This document shows positions 9,507 to 15,815 of a stretch of 64,000 nucleotides of DNA, piece by piece. Source of the stretch: a virus (taxonomy: Duplodnaviria > Caudoviricetes); IMG/VR virus record IMGVR_UViG_3300013105_000843, positions 1 through 64,000 of that record. One strand, 5' to 3'. A program made the position numbers and the translations under genes. How positions within the stretch are numbered: position 1 is the first letter of the stretch; every line of letters starts with the position of its first letter. The notes under the pieces are model-generated. The model did no database searches. It worked only from the letters and a program-made list of their open reading frames with translations, and was not told the DNA's origin.

Positions 9507-9623
9507 CTGTTTCAGCGCCGGCCCCTGCGCAACAGAGTTCAGGTCTGTCCGCTTGAGCCCATCCGATTTCAGCAAAGGCCTACTGGATTCGGCCCCGCCT
9601 ACGTCCAACCGACGCCTACTCCG
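9507..9623 (-). ncRNA. Unclassified structured RNA, CGGAGUAG...UGAAAC family, copy A
   Basis: Conserved end motifs flanking stem GCGUCGG/CCGGCGC. Confidence 0.65.
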
Positions 9624-9629
9624 AAATAC

Positions 9630-9706
9630 TGGTTGCGGGACGCGGAATTGAACCGCGTATCTTCAGCGTATGAAACTGACGGGGTAACCGGCTCCCTCTA
9701 CCCGCG
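9630..9706 (-). tRNA. tRNA-Met(CAT) with initiator-like acceptor stem
   Basis: CGCGGG...CCCGCAACCA (C1:A72), loop TT-CAT-AC. Confidence 0.85.
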
Positions 9707-9764
9707 AAGCGTTCGTGCTTCGTTGCAAAAGCACTTTGGTTTGGGTAAAACCGAAATGCTCTCG

Positions 9765-10935
9765 ATGGTGTACAGGCCTGAGACTACAGCCTGACGCGTC
9801 ACGACTTTCGAGCGGATTATCACGCGGCTTGCGGCCGGCGTTCCCACCTTGTCCACCCCGTCAAACGAGGTATCGTGACATGGCTGCCGTTTCGGGTTTC
9901 CCCAGGGAAGGCGGTCTCCCTGTCGCGATGCACTATTCGATTCTCGTCCTACCGCCGACCTTGCGAGCCGTTCGAGGTTGCAGCCTCTACGTGCGGATTC
10001 CAATCAACATCCTTCACCTTGCGGGCGTCAGACGCCTGCCTTCACGTTTCCGTGGACAGGATTAAGCCATTTTCATGCATCACCGGACACGGCTTTGCGT
10101 TTTTTGACAACGAGGATTTGAACCCCACCGTCGGCTTAAGAGGCCGATGCTCTACCGAATTGAGCTAATTGCATCCACTGCCACGAGCGTGTCCAAGAGC
10201 TTCACCACCTTTTGAGCGGCAAAATACTCCTCGCGGCATGTCTTTCGCCTGCCGGCTACTCAACGGTCCTTCTGGACTCCGTGCCATTTCTGGCCCGAAC
10301 CCCATTGAACTGCGCTGTCGCCATTGAGGGCATCTACGACAACAGCGCTACCCTTTCCCGTACAGGTTCGCATGTTGGTTAGGCTGGACCGCGGCACCAC
10401 CCGCTGCTGTTCGCCACCTCGGGTTCCCGTCCTTGCGGACGGCCCGGCAGGTAACGTTCTTCCCCAGCCACATGCTTCTCCCTTATCGCCACCGCTTTGG
10501 TCAGTGACGCGCTCCTTTCGGAGCCGGGGAGGCTTGCATGGATTGACCGCACCGGTCCCCGAAGAGACCGGCATGGCGCGAGTTAGTGGACTACCTCGCT
10601 TTGACCGCATTGCTGCGGCTGTCCTCCCCATGCGGAGTTGTCAGTGTCTCGCCGCGCAACGTGCAAGCACGCTACCCGGCCAGCATCGACGCGTTGCGGA
10701 GCCTTTCGGACTGGGCGCCTTACGGAACCCCACCGCATACGAGCTGACGTCGTCGAATCCTTGTTCTGCCAGACCGTCTCCGGCCGCACGCTCAACCTTC
10801 ACCGCTGTCCTGGTGCGCTGTCTTTCGACACGGGCCTCCTTTCGGTTAACCCAAGCGTGACGGGTGTTGTCTGCCGGGCCAGAACCCGACGGCGCAGCTG
10901 AAGCATCTGACGATGCACAATCGGGCACCGCCCGA
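9765..10935 (-). ncRNA. Very large structured ncRNA, GOLLD-like, with an embedded tRNA-Lys(CTT)-like element (10105-10174)
   Basis: About 1.15 kb with no credible ORF, dense GNRA/UUCG hairpins and its own promoter. The 3' part resembles recalled GOLLD motifs. Boundaries are approximate. Confidence 0.65.
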
Positions 10936-10945
10936 AAGAGAATGC

Positions 10946-10973
10946 AGTATAGCATTATAAATGTCGATGTCAA
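10946..10973 (-). promoter_or_regulatory. Sigma70 promoter for the large ncRNA and distal tRNAs
   Basis: TTGACA-N16-TATACT with extended -10 TG. Confidence 0.8.
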
Positions 10974-10992
10974 CACATTTACAATGAAATGT

Positions 10993-11069
10993 TGGTCGGC
11001 GTGACAGGCTTCGAACCTGCGACCTCGTGCTCCCCGAGCACGCGCTCTACCTGACTGAGCTACACCCCG
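10993..11069 (-). tRNA. tRNA-Pro(GGG)
   Basis: CGG...CCGACCA acceptor, loop TC-GGG-GA (atypical C33). Confidence 0.82.
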
Positions 11070-11077
11070 ATGAAACC

Positions 11078-11157
11078 TGGCCTCCCCGACACGATTCGAA
11101 CGTGCATGCGTCCATTTAGCCTTTCGACGGCTTCGGAGGCCGAGGGCATACGGGGAG
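11078..11157 (-). tRNA. Atypical tRNA-Arg(CCG)-like RNA with no D arm in the normal position
   Basis: 7-bp acceptor with GCCA, perfect T arm, CGGC-CTCCGAA-GCCG. A D-loop-like segment lies 3' of the anticodon arm. Confidence 0.65.
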
Positions 11158-11165
11158 AGCGAAGA

Positions 11166-11258
11166 CTGTTTCAGCGGCGCGACTCCTCAGCCCCAAATGG
11201 CTGGCCGCCCGGGAGGTTGCTGGTCCCGGGCGCGCGCGTTTTCACGCCGCCTACTCCG
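11166..11258 (-). ncRNA. Unclassified structured RNA, CGGAGUAG...UGAAAC family, copy B
   Basis: End motifs plus stem GCGGCGUGA/UCGCGCCGC. Confidence 0.65.
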
Positions 11259-11311
11259 ATATGCGTTGCTTCAGACCCACGCTGCACGTTGCCGGCGCGA
11301 AAGGCGAAAAG

Positions 11312-11401
11312 CAGTTTCAGTGGCCTGAGCATTTAACCAGCGTTCCAGGCTGGGGCGGCAGGAGGTTGCAATTCTGTCGCGGCATCAGTCCACCTACTCC
11401 G
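11312..11401 (-). ncRNA. Unclassified structured RNA, CGGAGUAG...UGAAAC family, copy C
   Basis: End motifs plus stem GUGGACUGA/UCAGGCCAC. Confidence 0.65.
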
Positions 11402-11407
11402 ATGAAT

Positions 11408-11493
11408 CTGTTTCAGCATCCCGGGGTGACCGACAGCGTTCAAGGCCGGCGGCCGCACGGGCATGGAGCCCGCGTCCCGAGATGCCTACTCCG
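11408..11493 (-). ncRNA. Unclassified structured RNA, CGGAGUAG...UGAAAC family, copy D
   Basis: End motifs plus stem GCAUCUCGGG/CCCGGGAUGC. Confidence 0.65.
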
Positions 11494-11514
11494 GTTGTTC
11501 GTTGCACTGCTCTG

Positions 11515-11600
11515 CAGAGGGGGCGGGATTCGAACCCGCGTGGCCTTTCGACCCATCCGCTTTCGAGGCGGCGCCGTTCGACCAGCTCCGGCACCCCTCT
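11515..11600 (-). tRNA. tRNA-Ser(CGA), CCA not encoded
   Basis: Loop CT-CGA-AA, long V arm, G73. Confidence 0.9.
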
Positions 11601-11654
11601 GCACAACAGTGCGTACATGGTGCCGCGCGACACATGACGCGCGGCCCTTTTGAT

Positions 11655-11743
11655 TGGCGGAGAGCGGGTGCATTCGAAGCCCATCCGGTTGCCCGGACCC
11701 TCGGTGTTCAACGCCGCGCCCAGCCCTGCCGGGTTCGCTCTCC
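11655..11743 (-). tRNA. tRNA-Ser(TGA), atypical, possible 8/4 structure
   Basis: 8-bp acceptor GGAGAGCG/CGCTCTCC, 6-bp D stem, loop GT-TGA-AC, long V arm, GCCA. Confidence 0.7.
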
Positions 11744-11803
11744 AGAAAACTGCAAAAAAGAGACCGCTCGTGAGCGGTCCGTGAGACATCTTTGTGCGCC
11801 AGG

Positions 11804-11983
11804 CTATGCGCCGTGAGGCAGCAAGGCGCGCGCAGGAACGGTCATGCGCTTGCCGACACCTGCGTCATCGACTCGCTCCACTGTCCACGTCGCCTGCCCG
11901 CAGTACGGCTCACTGGGTACGACCGTACGTACCAAATGTCCAGACTTCGTGAACCGGTAGGTCTTGCCGGGCTCAATCTTCAT
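11804..11983 (-). CDS. Small hypothetical protein (59 aa)
   Basis: MKIEPGKTYRFTKSG..., overlaps the upstream stop. Confidence 0.55.
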   Translation of the reverse strand: MKIEPGKTYRFTKSGHLVRTVVPSEPYCGQATWTVERVDDAGVGKRMTVPARALLPHGA

Positions 11984-12263
11984 GCCGCGTCTCGCTGCTG
12001 GAAAACCGCGCGGCCAGGTCGCACAGCCACTTTTCCTGCGGCTCGCTCAGCGGCACGCCAGTGTTCAGGCGATACTCGCAGCTGCGAATGAAGCTGCGCT
12101 CGCGGGAGCTGAGCTGCTCGTCTTTGTCGACCAACACCCTGAGCCAGCTTCGATGCTTCTCTTCGAGTGCCTGGGCAGCCGCCGCAGCAGCTTCCTGCTC
12201 ACGTCGCACCTTCGCCTGGTGCTCCGGGTCCATCAGTTTCGAAAAATCGATTTTGAATGCCAT
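11973..12263 (-). CDS. Hypothetical protein
   Basis: GAGGA RBS, LSSRERSFI...LSEPQEKWL. Confidence 0.7.
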   Translation of the reverse strand: MAFKIDFSKLMDPEHQAKVRREQEAAAAAAQALEEKHRSWLRVLVDKDEQLSSRERSFIRSCEYRLNTGVPLSEPQEKWLCDLAARFSSSETRHED

Positions 12264-12352
12264 GTGTGTCCTCTCGGGTGGATATGCCACCACGGTATAG
12301 GCACACCGGCGCGCGACTCGAATTCGAACCGCGCGCCGGCGGGCATCAATGC

Positions 12353-12928
12353 TCAGTTGAGCAGCAGGCGCGAGTGCCTCGGCAGCTGCGCGGCCAGGTA
12401 CTCGTGCTGGTCGGCCAGCACGTTGCGTCCCGACAGGATGAAGTGCTCGGCCCGGTTCGGTACGTACGGCAGGAACAGCAACGGCCGGAACTCATGCACG
12501 GGCTTGTCGCGCTTCGCCTGGTTGCAGTCGAAGCACGCAGCCGTGCAGTTCATCCATGTGTCCGCGCCGCCCGCAGCACGCGGGACGATGTGGTCACGCG
12601 TGAGCTGGTGCCGCGGAAACCGGACCCCGCAGTAAGCGCAGGTGAACCGGTCGCGCTTGAACAGCAGGTCGTTGTCCCGCGGGCTGAGCGGCAGCTCGTG
12701 CCGCAGCCAGCGCGCCGAGACTTCGCTGCCGGCAAGCGCGATAATCGGCTTGACCGTGATGACCGACGATACGCCGAGGCGCGAGGTGCCGCCGCGAAAC
12801 ACGCGTTGTGCGTCACCCAGCTCCCAGGCTACTTTGCCCTTCGCGTACGCCTTCACGGCGTCCTCGGGTGTGAGCCAATCGAACGGCTGGCCCGAGAGGT
12901 TGAGCACCAACACCTGCTGAATCTGCAT
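12353..12928 (-). CDS. HNH endonuclease
   Basis: RDRFTCAYCG, TRDHIVPRAAGG, NCTAACFDCN. Confidence 0.93.
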   Translation of the reverse strand: MQIQQVLVLNLSGQPFDWLTPEDAVKAYAKGKVAWELGDAQRVFRGGTSRLGVSSVITVKPIIALAGSEVSARWLRHELPLSPRDNDLLFKRDRFTCAYCGVRFPRHQLTRDHIVPRAAGGADTWMNCTAACFDCNQAKRDKPVHEFRPLLFLPYVPNRAEHFILSGRNVLADQHEYLAAQLPRHSRLLLN

Positions 12929-13002
12929 GATAGTCCCCTAATGCATACGTTTCCGAAAGAGGTAGTAGAGAAGTCAAGCCGCTTCCCTGGTCGGCATGAA
13001 GG

Positions 13003-13089
13003 TGGTGCCCGACGTCGGACTCGAACCGACAAGTGCCTCGCGGCGCCTGTTCTTGAAACAGGTGCGTCTACCGATTCCGCCAGACGGGC
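13003..13089 (-). tRNA. tRNA-Leu(CAA)
   Basis: Loop TT-CAA-GA, long V arm, CCA. Confidence 0.93.
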
Positions 13090-13274
13090 AATGGCGTCGG
13101 CTCTTCCCCGACACGCCGCTTCCTGCTGAAAGCGCGGATGACTCGCCTGCAGTTCCTTTTACGTCGCGCAGGTCTAACAGCCCGAAGGCTCGACGTCATC
13201 GCATCCGGGTACGCTGCGCGCAGCCAGTACGAGCTTCTCGTACAGACTGGAAAGAACGTACACGGAGCAATGCG

Positions 13275-13361
13275 TGGTACCGAAGGTGGGACTCGAACCC
13301 ACATGGCCTTGCGGCCACCTGCTCCTGAGGCAGGCGCGTCTACCAGTTTCGCCACTTCGGC
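13275..13361 (-). tRNA. tRNA-Leu(CAG)
   Basis: Loop CT-CAG-GA, long V arm, CCA. Confidence 0.94.
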
Positions 13362-13366
13362 ATTGT

Positions 13367-13442
13367 TGGTCGGTGCGACCCGATTCGAACGGGCGACCCC
13401 CTGGCCCCAAACCAGGCGCGCTACCAGCTGCGCTACGCACCG
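13367..13442 (-). tRNA. tRNA-Pro(TGG)
   Basis: Loop TT-TGG-GG, CCA. Confidence 0.94.
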
Positions 13443-13662
13443 ATAGAAGATATCTGCCGGGTCCGCGAGAGCCTCTATCCCGCGCTCTTACCTCAAGTCC
13501 GCGCACGCTCATGCGTGCCGACCAGAGGGCCGTTACTGCTACTCGGCAGACAGAAAATCGTGGGCTGCTTAGGCCAGCCAATCCGCAGGTTACGGGTTCC
13601 TGCGTTCCGCCCTATCGTTGCGGTTCGGTTTATCGCCGCGCAGGTGCTGCGCCGCGGGGTTA

Positions 13663-13778
13663 TGGAGGAGACGGCAGGGCTCGAACCTGCGACCACGCGC
13701 CAAACCAAGTGCGGACGTTAGCGCCGAAGCGCAGGGCGCCGCACAGGGGCCGTGCTCTACCGACTGAGCTACGTCTCC
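13663..13778 (-). ncRNA. tRNA-like RNA whose anticodon arm is replaced by a long UUCG-capped stem
   Basis: Perfect acceptor, D arm, T arm and UCCA end. Insert GTGCGG...GCGC-TTCG-GCGC...CCGCAC. Confidence 0.75.
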
Positions 13779-13788
13779 AGCTGGATAC

Positions 13789-13865
13789 TGGTCGGGGCGG
13801 TGGGCATCGAACCCACGACCTTCGGATTAAGAGTCCGCTGCTACTGCCAGCTGAGCTACACCCCG
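13789..13865 (-). tRNA. tRNA-Lys(CTT)
   Basis: Loop CT-CTT-AA, CCA. Confidence 0.92.
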
Positions 13866-13869
13866 GTTG

Positions 13870-14395
13870 TTGTTGGGTATGGCGTTGGTGCCGGTTCGAC
13901 CCGGCGGGCACGCGCAGCGAGAGCGTAGGAACTGAATCTACGTGTGCAGCTGCGACGCATCGGATTCCCTGCCCTTGCTACTCCAGTCCATTCACCTGCC
14001 ACCTTTTCCGGTCGGCAACAGATTTCCGTGTCGTTTGGCTTGGCAACCAACAATTCAGCCGACTGCTTCACCCCTTTCGCTCGCGCGCGCTAATCAGGAT
14101 GGAACCCGCATCTGTTCGGATGTGCCTGCGGTCAGCGCCTCGGCAATCGACTGAATTGTTGGATGACGTGCGCGATGGTTTGCGGCCACTACGGCTTGCA
14201 GCTTGCCTGCCAGCATGAAGCTTCCGATTCGCGGGTGTCAGCTTCCGAACCTGAGATGGTCGAGGCAAGACGTTTCGTCTGCCGCCATCACCCACCGGGG
14301 AAATCGACCCCGGCTCCTACTCCGGCATTCATCGTTACCCCCGGCGGGCAGAGCCACGTTGAACACCCGTGTGGCGGGGCCTGGACTACAGGCTT
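13870..14395 (-). ncRNA. Large structured ncRNA, ROOL-like
   Basis: About 525 nt non-coding interval between tRNAs, with a 20-bp stem (14047-14066/14143-14162). Segments resemble recalled ROOL motifs. Confidence 0.5.
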
Positions 14396-14401
14396 GGCAA
14401 C

Positions 14402-14477
14402 TGGTGGAAACGACGGGATTCAAACCCGCGACCCCCTGCTTGCAAGGCAGGCGCTCTCTCAGCTGAGCTACGTCCCC
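14402..14477 (-). tRNA. tRNA-Ala(TGC)
   Basis: G3:U70 pair, loop CT-TGC-AA, CCA. Confidence 0.92.
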
Positions 14478-14538
14478 AATGTCCTGGCGCATACGTTTGT
14501 GCAGCTGCTGCACGCGTGTATGCGTCAAGTTGTGAAAC

Positions 14539-14616
14539 TGGCTCCCCAGGTAGGGCTCGAACCTACCCGCTCCGGATTAACAGTCCGGCGCTCTACCATC
14601 GATGAGCTACTGGGGA
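14539..14616 (-). tRNA. tRNA-Asn(GTT)
   Basis: Loop CT-GTT-AA, GCCA. Confidence 0.93.
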
Positions 14617-14625
14617 ATTGAAACC

Positions 14626-14868
14626 TCAAGCGACTGGCGGTCGCGTCGCGACGCCATGCGTTTGATGTCTCAGATGGTGAGGGCGGAGAGGCTCGAACTC
14701 TCGCCGACCGGGTAAAAGCCGGTTGCTCTGCCCGTGAGCTACACCCTCGAGTGCCACCTTGTCGGCACGACGCTGCGCCTTGTGAGGCTTGTCGTGCGCG
14801 CCCGCTTTCTTGAAGAGACTGGCGACCACGAACGGGTTGCGTGGTGCCAGCTTCGGTTTTCGCTTCAT
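14626..14868 (-). CDS. Small basic protein whose frame runs through tRNA-Lys (40 codons precede the tRNA)
   Basis: GGAGG RBS, ATGA coupling to upstream ORF, MKRKPKLAPRNPFVVASLFKKAGAHDKPHKAQRR. Confidence 0.65.
   Translation of the reverse strand: MKRKPKLAPRNPFVVASLFKKAGAHDKPHKAQRRADKVALEGVAHGQSNRLLPGRREFEPLRPHHLRHQTHGVATRPPVA
14675..14748 (-). tRNA. tRNA-Lys(TTT)
   Basis: Loop CT-TTT-AC, CCA. Confidence 0.9.
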
Positions 14869-14990
14869 GCGACCTCCGTGTGCTTCATCATGTGCCTGCC
14901 CAGCGGCCGACGCCGGCTGGCGCGCGGCGTGCGCGCGTTCAACCGGCTCAGCTTCCGGGTCGGCAGGTCAATATGCTTGTGCTTTCGCAT
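14865..14990 (-). CDS. Small basic protein, truncated paralogue of the upstream ORF
   Basis: MRKHKHIDLPTRKLSRLNARTPR...MKHTEVA. Confidence 0.55.
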   Translation of the reverse strand: MRKHKHIDLPTRKLSRLNARTPRASRRRPLGRHMMKHTEVA

Positions 14991-14996
14991 AGCCGC

Positions 14997-15182
14997 TCAG
15001 GCGACCTCCGACGCCTTCATCGTGCACGGGCCGTGCTTGCACCCGCAGTTTGCGCATCGCTGGCCGACGCCTACCTTGTAGGCGTCGCAGCGGCCGCACC
15101 AGAACAGGCCCTTGCGGGGCGTTCGGGCGTTGAGCCGATTGAGCTTCCTTGTCGGAAGCTCGGTGTGTTCATGCAGGCGCAT
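14997..15182 (-). CDS. Small zinc-ribbon protein
   Basis: GAGGAG RBS, WCGRCD...CANCG. Confidence 0.65.
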   Translation of the reverse strand: MRLHEHTELPTRKLNRLNARTPRKGLFWCGRCDAYKVGVGQRCANCGCKHGPCTMKASEVA

Positions 15183-15210
15183 TACGCTGCTCCTCATCGA
15201 AGAGACCGCT

Positions 15211-15288
15211 TGGGGGTGGCTGGTGAGACTCGAACTCACGCATGAGAGGGTCACAGCCTCTCGCCTTACCCCTTGGCGACAGCCACCC
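15211..15288 (-). tRNA. tRNA-His(GTG)
   Basis: G-1:C73 pair, loop CT-GTG-AC. Confidence 0.93.
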
Positions 15289-15298
15289 CGAAACAGTC

Positions 15299-15628
15299 TC
15301 AGTTGCGCTCGAGCAGTTTCGCGGCGAACCGCTCGAACTGTTCGTCAGCGATGAAGTCGTCGCCGGGTTCGACCGCCTCGATTGCGAGGAACACATCGAA
15401 GACCTTTTCGTCGACGGGATGCCTGATGCGCTCGAGGAAACGCTGGCTGAACTTTACGCGCCAGTGGATGAAGCACTGTGCCGGTGCGTGCCAGCGCGCG
15501 ACGCGCGCATTGCGGCAGCGGCCGCGGTAGTAGCGCCCGTGCTCGAGCTGCTCCTTGCGCAACAGGCCGGCCGCATAAGCGGTGTCCATCTGCTCCGGAG
15601 ATGGGTCTGCGGGTAACCGGAACAGCAT
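15299..15628 (-). CDS. Hypothetical phage-like protein
   Basis: AGGAGG RBS, YYRGRCRNARVARW motif. Confidence 0.75.
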   Translation of the reverse strand: MLFRLPADPSPEQMDTAYAAGLLRKEQLEHGRYYRGRCRNARVARWHAPAQCFIHWRVKFSQRFLERIRHPVDEKVFDVFLAIEAVEPGDDFIADEQFERFAAKLLERN

Positions 15629-15647
15629 GGACGCCTCCTTGCGAAAG

Positions 15648-15724
15648 TGGTCTCCGAGACAGGGATTGAACCTGCGGCCTCCGCGTCCCGAACGCGGCGC
15701 TCTCCCAGACTGAGCTACTCGGAG
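15648..15724 (-). tRNA. tRNA-Pro(CGG)
   Basis: Loop TT-CGG-GA, CCA. Confidence 0.92.
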
Positions 15725-15737
15725 AATGGATAATCAA

Positions 15738-15815
15738 TGGTGCAAGGTCCTGGAATCGAACCAGGTTCTACGGATTTTCAATCCGTCGCTGAATCACCAG
15801 ACTAGCTCACCCTGC
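15738..15815 (-). tRNA. tRNA-Phe(GAA)
   Basis: Loop TT-GAA-AA, CCA. Confidence 0.9.

Noticed and set aside
9507-11493. CGGAGTAG...TGAAAC units as a CRISPR or TIGR array, or as hammerhead ribozymes
   Set aside because: The constant parts are only ~8 nt, the interiors are self-paired and of uneven length, there is no cas or Nop-domain gene, and the hammerhead CUGANGA core is absent.
13100-13135. SRP RNA (CAGCAGGAAGC resembles the S domain)
   Set aside because: The conserved helix-8 tetraloop and internal loops are incomplete.
13274-14218. 314-aa plus-strand ORF and other ORFs across the tRNA array
   Set aside because: They are antisense to tRNAs and ncRNAs and have no protein motifs.
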